64,000 bases of DNA, taken from contig JAUVXW010000023.1 of NCBI GenBank assembly GCA_030603385.1, forward strand, positions 1-64,000. Reading direction: 5' to 3'. Positions 48,241 through 58,523 of this stretch are shown here, in pieces. Each line of letters begins with the position of its first letter. Positions within the stretch are counted from its first letter, which is position 1. The notes beneath the pieces were generated by a model. That model was not told the origin of the DNA, did no database searches, and was given only the letters and a program-made list of their open reading frames with translations. The translations under genes were made by a program, and so were the position numbers. Source of the stretch: Promethearchaeota archaeon. GTDB lineage: Archaea > Asgardarchaeota > Lokiarchaeia > Sigyniarchaeales > SOKP01.

Positions 48241-49635
48241 CTACAGTACCTCATTTTTTTCTCTTTGCTTCTTTTCGTTTTTCTTTTTCATTTTCTCAAT
48301 CACCGACCAGAAGTATTTAATAGTAAGAAAATACCAAATTAATAATCCAGGAACAACTAAGATAAAAGAAATTAAAAGATTAACAGGGATTTTTATTATA
48401 CCAAACCCAATATCTTCAAATGGTAGAGGCATAATAAGAATATCAACAATAGCTAGGAAAATTGTTATAAAAGCTAGTAAAATGATCATCTGCACGATTA
48501 TCCCCCTTATTCTGGGAAACTTATATAATATAAAACTAGTAGGAACAAAACAAATAATGATTGAAACAAAAAAAACAATAGGTTCAAAATTTCCTATGGA
48601 AACCTGTAAAAAAATTATCGAGATAATAGAAAAGAACCCACAAATAGTTGAAAGGGCATAGAAATTTTTTACTAATTCTGGTTCTGTTAATGGCCCTTTC
48701 GCTAATATTAGCCGGGGTAGTGTTAGTGCAGCATCTCTCTTATCTGATGCTTGGATTCGATCATCTTTAAGTAATATAATATCACTTTTATCTTTATGAA
48801 TATCACTACTTTCAAAAAACCCGCGAACAGAATTAATCACATAAAAACTATTAAATATATGAGCTAAAAGTGCGCAAAATGTAGCAACTTCAAGTGAACC
48901 AAAAAACATAATACATGCAATCATCGCCCCCATACTTAGAGTTCCTACATCCCCGGGGAATACTTTTGCGGGATATTTATTATAAATAAAAAATGGGATT
49001 AGTACCGCAATTACAGGAATAGTAAAAAGCACTGCTTCAGCAGAATTCCATATTAAACCGCATATAAACAGAAATGTAACTATAATTAAACAAGTTCCAG
49101 AACCTTCTCCATTATATCCTTCCAGCATATTTACACTATTTATAAAAACGGCTACAATTACAGGTATGATGAGCGGATAAATGAAGTTTAATCTAGTTTT
49201 ATCAATAAAAGGAATTGTCGGTGAAGATATTGCTATAAAACCAAAGAAATTAGCAAAAAAAATAGCACTACCACAAAAAATTGAAAGGGTAATTTTATAT
49301 CGTGATTTTAATTTTTTTCGATCATCTATAAATCCTATAGCTCCCGCGCTAATAACAGTTAAGAGAAAAATGAGAGTCTCTTTGAATAATTCTGGAAAAA
49401 AGAATATTAGGAAAATTGAAGCAACTGTAAAACCAATAACTAAAACGATTCCACCAGATTCGGCTACCTTAGGTTGAGCGTTTTTATGTATATCATAGCC
49501 TATATAATCTTTCTTTTTCATAAATTTTATTAGAAAAGGGAGGATTTTAAAAGTTACCAAAAATCCTACTAAGAAAATTATTATCAAGTAAAATATTTCT
49601 AAAAAACTCCAATTCAACTGTGTAAGATGAGGCAT
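48241..49635 (-). CDS. aglH: UDP-GlcNAc:polyprenyl-phosphate GlcNAc-1-P transferase (AglH/ALG7, MraY family)
   Basis: G.DIHK...P.VAESGG, GFIDD, NSVNMLEGYNG, NKYPAKVFPGDVG, LTLPRL...E..LV. Confidence 0.88.
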   Translation of the reverse strand: MPHLTQLNWSFLEIFYLIIIFLVGFLVTFKILPFLIKFMKKKDYIGYDIHKNAQPKVAESGGIVLVIGFTVASIFLIFFFPELFKETLIFLLTVISAGAIGFIDDRKKLKSRYKITLSIFCGSAIFFANFFGFIAISSPTIPFIDKTRLNFIYPLIIPVIVAVFINSVNMLEGYNGEGSGTCLIIVTFLFICGLIWNSAEAVLFTIPVIAVLIPFFIYNKYPAKVFPGDVGTLSMGAMIACIMFFGSLEVATFCALLAHIFNSFYVINSVRGFFESSDIHKDKSDIILLKDDRIQASDKRDAALTLPRLILAKGPLTEPELVKNFYALSTICGFFSIISIIFLQVSIGNFEPIVFFVSIIICFVPTSFILYKFPRIRGIIVQMIILLAFITIFLAIVDILIMPLPFEDIGFGIIKIPVNLLISFILVVPGLLIWYFLTIKYFWSVIEKMKKKNEKKQREKNEVL

Positions 49636-49709
49636 ATTAATGTAGGATATTTCTATTTACAATAATTAGTGTTATATATTGAACATTTCCCCTTTTCTTA
49701 ATAAAAAAA

Positions 49710-49811
49710 TAGCCCGGCACGGAATTTCAATTAACAAGCATACTTGTTAATACTCGAACCGTGGTCACGGGGTTCAAGGCCCCAGATGCTTGGCCACTAC
49801 ACCACCGGGCT
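49710..49811 (-). tRNA. tRNA-Gln(UUG) with 29-nt BHB intron at position 59/60 (49724-49752)
   Basis: AGCCCGG/CCGGGCT acceptor stem, anticodon arm TGGGG-CCTTGAA-CCCCG, T-stem CACGG/CCGTG; removing the intron restores TTCGAGT; CCA not encoded. Confidence 0.92.
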
Positions 49812-49817
49812 CTTTTT

Positions 49818-50441
49818 TTATAAATTAAATGGTTTAAGGTTTTGATTAAAAAATTCTTCATCTAATAAATTTTTAATGATTTTAAGGAATTCAATTTCTT
49901 TTTTTTTATCTCTAAATTGATCTGGGAGCATTTGTGGTATAGTATCTATTATTGGATACCAACGATTACATTTATCGCAAAATAATAGGCCTGATTCAAT
50001 TTCTGTTTCTACTTTTATTTTATTTAAAAAATATAATTCAGGAAAGATATTTTCAATATCGTTTAAATTGAAATTCTTCAAAAAATCTACAATTTTTTGT
50101 TTAATTTCTATCTTTATTATGCTAAAACATTTTTTACTATATGTATTTTTAGTCTTGTCAAAGATATTATCTAATTCATTAATACTTGAAATAATTAATC
50201 CAAGATAAGATTTTAAAGGAGATTTTTCTATAGTAACATTATCCTTTACGAAAAGGAAATCTCTTTCTTGAGATACTTCAATTACTTTCTGTTCTTTTAT
50301 GAAGGTTAGATCCCTTTTTTTATATATATCAATAAATGCTTGAAATTCTTCATCTTTAGTTTCAAAAGAAAATATATATAATTTTAATGGAAAAGATTTA
50401 TCAATGGGACATGCTAATATATCAAATAACCATGGCTTCAT
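49818..50441 (-). CDS. trm112: Trm112-family methyltransferase activator with large central insertion
   Basis: MKPWL.DILACP.DK.FPL.L ... EIESGLL.C.KC.RWYPI...IP.ML. Confidence 0.88.
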   Translation of the reverse strand: MKPWLFDILACPIDKSFPLKLYIFSFETKDEEFQAFIDIYKKRDLTFIKEQKVIEVSQERDFLFVKDNVTIEKSPLKSYLGLIISSINELDNIFDKTKNTYSKKCFSIIKIEIKQKIVDFLKNFNLNDIENIFPELYFLNKIKVETEIESGLLFCDKCNRWYPIIDTIPQMLPDQFRDKKKEIEFLKIIKNLLDEEFFNQNLKPFNL

Positions 50442-50465
50442 AAATTTTTACACAAGAAAGATATT

Positions 50466-52316
50466 TTATAAGAGATAACTTCTTAATTGTTGAATTAATT
50501 TATCGATATTTCTTTCAATTTTTCTTCTCCTTTTCTTGAAATCATCAGATAGTTTTAGATAAGCGGCTCTAGAAGGCAATCTACCTCTTTTATATCGAGA
50601 TTCTAAAAGATTCAAGCTATCCTTAACACTAATTCGTTCTGCTTCTAGAAGATCAAACCTTTTTATAACGTTTTCAAAAGTAATGTTTGTTTCTAATAAA
50701 ATCTTCTTAAAAGGATTTATTTCTTGTTGTATTTCATCTATTTTTGATGTATTTTTATCTAAAATATTTTTATAATTCTTTTTTGCTATTTTCTTTCTTC
50801 TTGCATCTTCTTCTGCTTGTCGGATTTCTAAGATTAAAGCATTTTTTTCTTCATATAAGGAACAAAATTCTCGGATTTCATTAACGGGGATAAATTCTCT
50901 TTTTAAAATTACCGTATCACGCTCTTTCTTTCTTAATTTAACAGTTAAAACATAAATTGACGCAATAAAAGATATTAAAAGCATAAAAATTATGGGTCTT
51001 AGAAGTAAGTCGAAAAAATCAATTGTAAATGTAAATTGTATTACCATGGTTTCAAAAGGTGAAATAAAATCAGATTTATACACAAGTACTGTTGTTCCCT
51101 GAGTTTTTTTGATAGCATCTGGATATTCAGAAATTGAATCAACATTATAGCAACCATCAATTATCACGTTAATAGTCTGATCTCTTCCCATATAGTCATA
51201 TGTAGTTGTTAATAAATCAATCTGTATTGATTCTTGGAACCAATTTAATGAAACATAATTTTCAAAAGGCAAATTATATTCAACATTGAAATTAAATGTT
51301 GAATTAGGTTTTAAATTTAAACGATTTTCTAATAAATTGATTGTAACTTTTTTATACTTTGAAGATCCTGAGTTCTCAATTACTACACCTAATATTTCCC
51401 CTAAATCATCAAATATGTAGAGATTTGAGGCATGGTGAGGGATTTTTAATGAAACTGTATGAAAATTGATTTCTCCAAGATTTTCTATTGAGAACTTTTC
51501 GTTAACTCTTATTATTCCCCATGGTGAGATAAATATATCACGGTTTATTTCTTTCATCTCTGTTTTAGTTTTTTCATTGTTAATAAAAGATATTCGAACT
51601 ACCTTTTTATCACCTATATTTTCCAAGAAAGGAGTTATAAAATCAGCTCCAATTTGCGAACTGATATCTTCAAAAGTATATAAGAGTGTATTAAGTCCGC
51701 CAAGGGGCGTACCCCAATCGCCCTCTAATTCTGAGGAATCTTTAGGGGCACTAAAATATGCGACTATATCACCTTCTATCTTATAGGGTAGAACTGGATA
51801 AACGGTAACCAAAAAAGCTGCATATTGATCATCTATCAATGCATAAGTTACTATGTTTTTGTAGATATAAGTAAACTTGATAGTTCTTGTTTGATGTGGT
51901 AAGAGTGGTGAATCAAAATATATAACTATCATTTCAAACCCATTCATTATGATACTAGAACGTTCAGCTAATAATGTGTTTTCGTTTATTCCTGTAGCTT
52001 TAAAGAAAATCAAATCTTCAGGATAGTATGCCGAAAGTCCAAAAAATATTGAGGAGATTGGATAATTATTTAAATTTTTAATTTCTAATGAATCTTCAAA
52101 AATTAGCAAACCATAACCAGTTATATTGGCGTCTCTTCTAACTTTTGAAACTATAACATTTTCTATTCCTTCCAAGCTAGCGGATACTTCTGGAATTTTG
52201 CTGATATTATTATATTCTATGTATTGTATTTCTGAATCCTCTGCTATATATGAGAGAATTACTATAAATAGTAAAAAACTTGTAAAAAATAATAAAAATT
52301 TTTCTTCCTTTGCCAT
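50466..52316 (-). CDS. Ribophorin I (OST1/RPN1)-like protein
   Basis: Signal anchor, two beta-sandwich lumenal domains, R.IFISPWG.I.V.E motif (RPN1 IEVSHWGNI.VEE), D.LG, one TM, C-terminal helical/coiled-coil domain. Confidence 0.8.
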   Translation of the reverse strand: MAKEEKFLLFFTSFLLFIVILSYIAEDSEIQYIEYNNISKIPEVSASLEGIENVIVSKVRRDANITGYGLLIFEDSLEIKNLNNYPISSIFFGLSAYYPEDLIFFKATGINENTLLAERSSIIMNGFEMIVIYFDSPLLPHQTRTIKFTYIYKNIVTYALIDDQYAAFLVTVYPVLPYKIEGDIVAYFSAPKDSSELEGDWGTPLGGLNTLLYTFEDISSQIGADFITPFLENIGDKKVVRISFINNEKTKTEMKEINRDIFISPWGIIRVNEKFSIENLGEINFHTVSLKIPHHASNLYIFDDLGEILGVVIENSGSSKYKKVTINLLENRLNLKPNSTFNFNVEYNLPFENYVSLNWFQESIQIDLLTTTYDYMGRDQTINVIIDGCYNVDSISEYPDAIKKTQGTTVLVYKSDFISPFETMVIQFTFTIDFFDLLLRPIIFMLLISFIASIYVLTVKLRKKERDTVILKREFIPVNEIREFCSLYEEKNALILEIRQAEEDARRKKIAKKNYKNILDKNTSKIDEIQQEINPFKKILLETNITFENVIKRFDLLEAERISVKDSLNLLESRYKRGRLPSRAAYLKLSDDFKKRRRKIERNIDKLIQQLRSYLL

Positions 52317-52471
52317 ATCTCTATCTTTTTTTCTCTTAAATTATCTAAAAATAATGAAAACAGTATATAAAAATTTATTAAAAATTAATTTTTAAACATT
52401 GGGATAAAAATTTATATTTTTCTCGCTATTTATATACATTATAATACTAAAAAATTTTAATAATAAACATC

Positions 52472-52693
52472 ATGTCAACTAGTCGTACTCAATCTAAACG
52501 CAAGAAAAGAAGAAGTGGAAGTTCTCCTATGCCTATGGGAGGTGCAGGATTAATGAGATTCTTTGAAGATAGTTCAATTGGTATTAAAGTTGGACCAATA
52601 AGTACAATTATTTTATCTATTACATTAATAATGTTAGTGATCTTAGCACACGTGGGAATTTTCAACTGGCTTTTTACACCTGGTGGGGGTTAA
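52472..52693 (+). CDS. secG: Preprotein translocase subunit Sec61beta
   Basis: GAGLMRFFED...IKVGP followed by one TM ending in H. Confidence 0.92.
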   Translation: MSTSRTQSKRKKRRSGSSPMPMGGAGLMRFFEDSSIGIKVGPISTIILSITLIMLVILAHVGIFNWLFTPGGG

Positions 52694-52739
52694 TCAGAAT
52701 ATTTAATTTAATATTAATTTAAATTCTTATTTATCTTAA

Positions 52740-53033
52740 ATGAAAATATCAGAATTTCAGAAGCTAATTAAAAACCTTTATTTTGAACAGGATCAAATAA
52801 GAGGTATAAAAAATACTTTTATTTGGTTAATAGAAGAATTTGGGGAATTAGCACATATTTTAAAGAGTCAAGAAATTGATAAAAATGAAGCGTCAGAAGA
52901 ATTAGCAGATATTTTTGCCTGGACAACTTCCTTAGCAAATTTATTAGATATTGACCTCGAATATGCTTTATTTAAAAAATATCCCAATATGTGTATAAAG
53001 TGCAAATCCAATCCATGTATTTGCTGGAAATAA
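52740..53033 (+). CDS. MazG-like nucleotide pyrophosphohydrolase
   Basis: EFQ..I..LY...D..RG, WL.EE.GEL, EELAD..AW..SLAN, KYP..C..C...PC.C. Confidence 0.9.
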   Translation: MKISEFQKLIKNLYFEQDQIRGIKNTFIWLIEEFGELAHILKSQEIDKNEASEELADIFAWTTSLANLLDIDLEYALFKKYPNMCIKCKSNPCICWK

Positions 53034-53150
53034 AAATTACCTTGAAATAAGCTCGAGTAAAAAAATTATTAGAAAATCCTATAAACCGTCAAAATTTCTA
53101 ATGAATATTCTTGAAAAACAAATAGTTTTTTAACATTTTTGTAGTAAAAA

Positions 53151-54275
53151 ATGAGCCTTTTAAAGAAGAAAATTTGGATAGATATCGAGCAACCTAAAAC
53201 TGCTGTTATGTTTCATTCTTTAATTAAGAGATTTGAAAATGAAGAATCTGATCTTTTAATAACAGCAAGAGACTATGATTCAACATATCAAATTTTAGAA
53301 GATTATAGTACAAATTATAAGAGGATTGGCAAACATGGTGGGCAAAAATTAGAGGATAAATTAGAGACTTATATTGATCGATTGAAAGCTCTTCTTCCTC
53401 TAGTTAAAACATTTTCACCTGATTATTTTGTCACATTTTTATCTATAGAAGGAACACGAATAGCATACGGTTTACAAATTCCTTCAATTGGTATAAATGA
53501 TGAGCCACGCAATGAACCTGTCTGCAAATTAATTCACCCCTTCATAGATAATATTATAACTCCAGAGTGTATCCCTATAGAACATTATATAAATCTTCAT
53601 GCTGATCCAGAGAAAATTATTCGTTATAATGGTTTAGATGAAATTGCTTGGCTCTCAGAGTATAATCCCAATCCAGATGTCCTTGATAAGTTTAGTTTAG
53701 AAAAAGGTAACTTTCTTCTAATAAGAAGTGAACCTGCCCATGCTAGTTATTTTATTGATAAACTTAAACCCGATGAGACATTGATTAGCAAATTTCTCCC
53801 ATCAATTTATAAAGAATTCCCTAATCATAAATATATCCTTTTAGTTCGATCTGAAAAGCAAAAAGGATTTCTTTTGAAAAAATTAAAAGGATTAAGGAAA
53901 GAAAAAAATATCATAATTACTCAATACTTACCGAATATAGTTGATTTATGTTTCTATGGATCTCTAATTATAAGTGGTGGCGGGACAATCGTAAGAGAAT
54001 CAAGCCTATTGAATGTTCCAAGCATAGAGTTTTTTCCAGGCGATTCTGCACCTCAAGAGAAATTTTTAATAAAGAACGGATTTCCTTTAGAACACATTAG
54101 AAGCTCTGATGAAATAATTGAAAGAGCAAATAAAATATTAGCTCAAGGACCCTCACCTAATAGGTTTAAACTTAGCTCATTCAAAGAAAAGATTAGCCAA
54201 TTTGAGAATCCCATAGATATTTGCTTTAATTTTGTCAAGAATAAATTAAGTAAATTAAAACAGAATAACTTTTAA
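53151..54275 (+). CDS. DUF354-family GT-B-fold protein
   Basis: IWIDI..PK, TAR.Y, IG.HGG, R.AYGL.IP, YNG.DE, GGGT..RE..LL.VP. Confidence 0.85.
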   Translation: MSLLKKKIWIDIEQPKTAVMFHSLIKRFENEESDLLITARDYDSTYQILEDYSTNYKRIGKHGGQKLEDKLETYIDRLKALLPLVKTFSPDYFVTFLSIEGTRIAYGLQIPSIGINDEPRNEPVCKLIHPFIDNIITPECIPIEHYINLHADPEKIIRYNGLDEIAWLSEYNPNPDVLDKFSLEKGNFLLIRSEPAHASYFIDKLKPDETLISKFLPSIYKEFPNHKYILLVRSEKQKGFLLKKLKGLRKEKNIIITQYLPNIVDLCFYGSLIISGGGTIVRESSLLNVPSIEFFPGDSAPQEKFLIKNGFPLEHIRSSDEIIERANKILAQGPSPNRFKLSSFKEKISQFENPIDICFNFVKNKLSKLKQNNF

Positions 54276-54295
54276 ATTAGTGAGAAAGCAGGACC

Positions 54296-55405
54296 TTAAT
54301 AATCTAAAAACTTATAATATACTTTTTCAAGCTTTTGCCCTACTGAATCCCAAGAGTATCTTTTTATAAAATTTTGAGCTTTTTTTATGAGTTCTTCCCT
54401 TTTTGAATCGTCTTTTAATAGGCTTACGATTTCTTTGGCTAATTGTTGTGAATTCCTTGGAGGAACAAAAATAGCATTATTTTGTAATACTTCTTTATAG
54501 GCAATCATAGAGGAGCAAATTACAGGAGTTCCACATGCGATTGCTTCGATTGGAGTTAGACCAAATCCTTCTGATGCATAAGAGTATGTTACAAAAACAT
54601 CTCCCATTGAATAATAAACGGGAATTTCCTTTTCAGATACAAATCCTACAAAATGAATATCCTTATATTTCTGTTTCCACTCTTGGTAGATTTTTTCCAT
54701 ATAAAAATCTGGTTTACCTCCCATAACTAAATTGAGGTTAGGAATTTCTTTCTTTGCTATCTTATAAGCCTTTATAATATTGTCAACTCCTTTGTATTTT
54801 GCTATTCGCCCTATATATAAAATTATGGGACCTTCGATTTGTAATTGCTGTTTTAATTTTTTTGCTTCTAGAGGAAGTGGTTTATATTTATCTTCTATTG
54901 CTGAATAGAGATTAAAGATGTTATTAATGTCTACTTTAGGAATATAATCCTTTATTTCTTTTCTTATAAAATCAGAACAAGTTGTAATATAGGTAGATCT
55001 CTCAACTGCAAGTTTAATTATAAATTTTTCAATTGGAATTCTTGTAAAACTCGTCTCAAATGGTCCTAAATCATGAATTGTAGATATGAATCGCTTTTGA
55101 TTTGATAATATAATGGGTAATGTTCCTTTAGGACTATTTCCATGTATTATGTCAAATTCTTGTGTTCTCAGATATTTAACCGTGCTAAGATTAAATTGGG
55201 GGAACCACAAAAATCGTTTCGGAATTATATTTAGCTGAATGATATTAGGATCTGAAAGTTTAATATTCCATTTTCCAGTTATAACTTTTACATTATGACC
55301 TTGATTTTTTAAGTAATTATAGATTCCTGTGAAGAATTTTGCTGCCCCATCTTGAGTATCAGGAGCAAATGTTAAAGTTACAAGAAAGATATTAAGTTTT
55401 TCCAT
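54296..55405 (-). CDS. Glycosyltransferase family 4
   Basis: TIHD, YIGRI..YKG, EGFGLTPIEAIACGTPVI. Confidence 0.93.
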   Translation of the reverse strand: MEKLNIFLVTLTFAPDTQDGAAKFFTGIYNYLKNQGHNVKVITGKWNIKLSDPNIIQLNIIPKRFLWFPQFNLSTVKYLRTQEFDIIHGNSPKGTLPIILSNQKRFISTIHDLGPFETSFTRIPIEKFIIKLAVERSTYITTCSDFIRKEIKDYIPKVDINNIFNLYSAIEDKYKPLPLEAKKLKQQLQIEGPIILYIGRIAKYKGVDNIIKAYKIAKKEIPNLNLVMGGKPDFYMEKIYQEWKQKYKDIHFVGFVSEKEIPVYYSMGDVFVTYSYASEGFGLTPIEAIACGTPVICSSMIAYKEVLQNNAIFVPPRNSQQLAKEIVSLLKDDSKREELIKKAQNFIKRYSWDSVGQKLEKVYYKFLDY

Positions 55406-55688
55406 TATATATACAATTCCTTAGTTTGATTGATTTTTATAAAAAGCTTATGTTATTTGTGTATAAACTTTATTTGAATTTTTAACATGTATATTCCCAT
55501 TTCGATTTTTCGATAGATTTAAAATAAGGAATATAGTAATTCTCTATTTATTAACTATTTTTCAATGAGACTCGAAATGTCAAATCTTGCAAAATATTAA
55601 ATATAAACTATAAATAACAATCAAATTTTTTAATGATTTAGTATGAAATCAATTTGATATTGAGACTTAATTTAAGATTGTATTTTAT

Positions 55689-56699
55689 ATGATAGTACGT
55701 TCAAAAGCCCCTTTCCGGGTCAGTTTTGGAGGAGGTGGTACTGATATGGCACCCTACTGTATAGAATATGGCGGTTGTGTAATAAGCACAACTATTGATC
55801 GCCATGTATATGTTACTATAGAACCCAGGGATGATAAAAAAATCCGGATCTTTTCATTAAATTATAATCAAGAGTTGGTTTTTAATATTGGTGATAAAGA
55901 TTATTCTACAGATTTCGAAATATTCAAAGGAATTGTGAATGTCTTGGAAATTAATGATGGATTTAATATTACAACTTATTCAGAACTTCCCGCAGGTTCA
56001 GGTATGGGGGGATCCTCCTCATTATCGGTTGCGCTAATAGGTGCATTTAACGTTTATTATAATTTTGGATTATCGGAACACGATATCGCTCAAAAAGCTT
56101 ATGATATCGAACGAATCGAATTAGAACAGAAGGGTGGTTATCAAGATCAATTTGCTACTGCTTATGGTGGATTTAATTTTATTGAATTCACTAATTTTGT
56201 AAAGGTAACCCCTATAAAGAAAACAGATGAAATAGTAAATGAATTACAATATCGTTTAATTTTATGTTATGTTGGAGGATCACATTTTTCTTCCGATATT
56301 CAAGATGAAGTTTTAAAAGGCTACGAAATTGAAAAAAAATCTTACATGGAAGCTATGCAAGGTTTGAAGGATGTGGCACATTCAATGAGAAATATTGTTG
56401 AATCTAATGATATTGGTCGATTAAACGAATTTGGTGAGCTTTTACATAAAGGTTGGTTAGCAAAAAAGAGTTTAAGCTCAAAAATTTCAAATAAAGAGAT
56501 AGAAAACTTCTATTTAACTTCCAGAAAGTTTGGAGTTCTTGGAGGAAAATTATTAGGTGCTGGCGGAGGAGGACATTTATTATTATTTTCAGAACCTAAT
56601 AAAAAGCACAGAGTTATTCAAGAATTAGAAAAAATTGGAGGAAAAATTGTTAATTTTCATTTCAATCCAAAAGGTCTTGAAGTTTGGGAAATTAATTAA
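55689..56699 (+). CDS. hddA: D-glycero-alpha-D-manno-heptose-7-phosphate kinase-like GHMP kinase
   Basis: APFRVSFGGGGTD, PAGSGMGGSS, GG.QDQ, GGKLLGAGGGG. Confidence 0.88.
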   Translation: MIVRSKAPFRVSFGGGGTDMAPYCIEYGGCVISTTIDRHVYVTIEPRDDKKIRIFSLNYNQELVFNIGDKDYSTDFEIFKGIVNVLEINDGFNITTYSELPAGSGMGGSSSLSVALIGAFNVYYNFGLSEHDIAQKAYDIERIELEQKGGYQDQFATAYGGFNFIEFTNFVKVTPIKKTDEIVNELQYRLILCYVGGSHFSSDIQDEVLKGYEIEKKSYMEAMQGLKDVAHSMRNIVESNDIGRLNEFGELLHKGWLAKKSLSSKISNKEIENFYLTSRKFGVLGGKLLGAGGGGHLLLFSEPNKKHRVIQELEKIGGKIVNFHFNPKGLEVWEIN

Positions 56700-56719
56700 T
56701 AAGAATATTAAAAATTAAA

Positions 56720-57295
56720 GTGAAAATTATGGAAGATAAAATTATTTCAATTTTAAATGAAAGCATTAAAGTTAAAGAAGCAATTAAGGATTTAGCACCT
56801 CAAATTAGAAAAGTTTCTGAAGAAATAATTAAAGCATATCGAAATAAAAAGAAAGTTGTCCTTTTTGGAAATGGAGGTAGTGCTGCAGATGCTCAACATA
56901 TAGCTGCCGAATTTGTTGGTAAATTCTACAAAAACCGTGAATCACTTCCCTCGTTAGCCTTTCATACAAACACATCTTCCGTTACTGCTATTGCTAATGA
57001 CTATGGTTATGATATAATTTTCGAACGCCAAGTTAATGCTTTTGTAGAAGAAGGAGATATAGCTATTGGGATAAGTACTTCAGGAAACTCTCCAAATGTA
57101 ATTAAAGGGTTAGCGAAAGCTAAAGAAAAGGGTGCAATAACTGTCGGAATGACAGGTCAAACACAAAACAAAATTGAAGAAATTGTAGATTATTGTCTCA
57201 AAATGCCCTCGACTGATACTCCAAGAATTCAAGAGTGTCATATAACGGTTGGACATATTATTTGCTATTTAGTGGAAAATGAACTCTTTGAATAG
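56720..57295 (+). CDS. gmhA: Sedoheptulose-7-phosphate isomerase
   Basis: GNGGSAADAQH.AAE, TAIANDY, ISTSGNS.N, T.RIQE.H. Confidence 0.96.
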   Translation: MKIMEDKIISILNESIKVKEAIKDLAPQIRKVSEEIIKAYRNKKKVVLFGNGGSAADAQHIAAEFVGKFYKNRESLPSLAFHTNTSSVTAIANDYGYDIIFERQVNAFVEEGDIAIGISTSGNSPNVIKGLAKAKEKGAITVGMTGQTQNKIEEIVDYCLKMPSTDTPRIQECHITVGHIICYLVENELFE

Positions 57296-57952
57296 TTGAT
57301 TTTAATGAAGAAAGTCGCAATCTCATTACATGCAACAGAAGATTTCGACCCAGATATAATTAAAGGTTTAAAAGGGCTTGATTATGTCCATGTTGATGTA
57401 ATGGATGGAAAATTTGTTGAAAATAAACAAAACCACTTAAATATCTTCAAAATTCTAAAAGAGAACTATGATATACCAATAATCGGTCATTTTATGGTTA
57501 AGAATCCCCTTACTTATATAGATAAAGTCATTAAATATACTGACATCTTTGTTTTTCATTATGAGTCGGGAGGAGATATCGAAAATATCATTAATAAAAT
57601 TAAAAAACTCGATAAAAAAGTTGGAATTGCTATAAGTCCTGATACAACTCTTCTAAAAATAATACCATACCTAAATAAAATTGATCTTGTTTTAATTATG
57701 TCTGTTAATCCTGGATATTCTGGACAAGAATTTATATGGGAAACTCCAGATAAAATAAATCTATTATATGCTTATAGGCATCAAAATAATTTGAATTTTG
57801 AAATTGATGTTGATGGCGGCATAAGTCCTGAAAATGCTAAATTGATAAATGTGGATATTTTAACTAGTGCAAGTGCAATTTTAAAAGCCGAGGATCCTAA
57901 TCAAATAATCAAATTACTTAAAGAATCCGATGAAAATAAAAAAAAAAAATAA
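57296..57952 (+). CDS. rpe: Ribulose-phosphate 3-epimerase
   Basis: HVDVMDG.FV, HFMV, MSVNPG.SGQ, VDGGI. Confidence 0.93.
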   Translation: MILMKKVAISLHATEDFDPDIIKGLKGLDYVHVDVMDGKFVENKQNHLNIFKILKENYDIPIIGHFMVKNPLTYIDKVIKYTDIFVFHYESGGDIENIINKIKKLDKKVGIAISPDTTLLKIIPYLNKIDLVLIMSVNPGYSGQEFIWETPDKINLLYAYRHQNNLNFEIDVDGGISPENAKLINVDILTSASAILKAEDPNQIIKLLKESDENKKKK

Positions 57953-58478
57953 AGCAATTTTCTTAGATCGAGATGGTGTGATAAATAAAGAAGTTAATTA
58001 TCTATCAGATCCAAATGATTTTGAATTTATTAAGGGTTCAATTGAAGCTTTAAAAATTCTGAAACAGAAAGGTTTCTTACTTATTGTAATTAGTAATCAA
58101 GCAGGTATTGCAAAAGGTTATTTTACGGAAAAGACTCTTAAAAAAATTCATGAGAGAATGATAAACATTTTAAAACAAAATAATACAGAATTAGATGCTA
58201 TTTATTACTGTCCTCACCATCCTGAATATTCTGGTCTATGTGATTGCAGGAAACCAAATCCAGGTATGATTCTTAAAGCACAACAACAGCATAATATAGA
58301 CTTAATAAGTTCCTACATGGTTGGAGATACTTTAAATGATATTCAAATGGGTAATGCTGTGAGATGCAAAACTGTTTTAGTTTTAACAGGTTATGGAAAA
58401 GAAGAAGAAAAAAAAATACAATCGATAATACCAGACAAGATATTTAAAAACTTAAAAGAATTTGCTATAAGTATATAA
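57930..58478 (+). CDS. gmhB: D,D-heptose 1,7-bisphosphate phosphatase
   Basis: FLDRDGVIN, SNQAGI, CPHHP...CDCRKP..GM, MVGD..ND. Confidence 0.95.
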   Translation: MKIKKKNKAIFLDRDGVINKEVNYLSDPNDFEFIKGSIEALKILKQKGFLLIVISNQAGIAKGYFTEKTLKKIHERMINILKQNNTELDAIYYCPHHPEYSGLCDCRKPNPGMILKAQQQHNIDLISSYMVGDTLNDIQMGNAVRCKTVLVLTGYGKEEEKKIQSIIPDKIFKNLKEFAISI

Positions 58479-58523
58479 TAACCAATTATCATTATAATCA
58501 ATAAAATTTACTCGTGAAATTGA

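Noticed and set aside
48176-49477. Plus-strand ORFs of 161 aa and 98 aa
   Set aside because: Antisense to TM-coding regions of aglH
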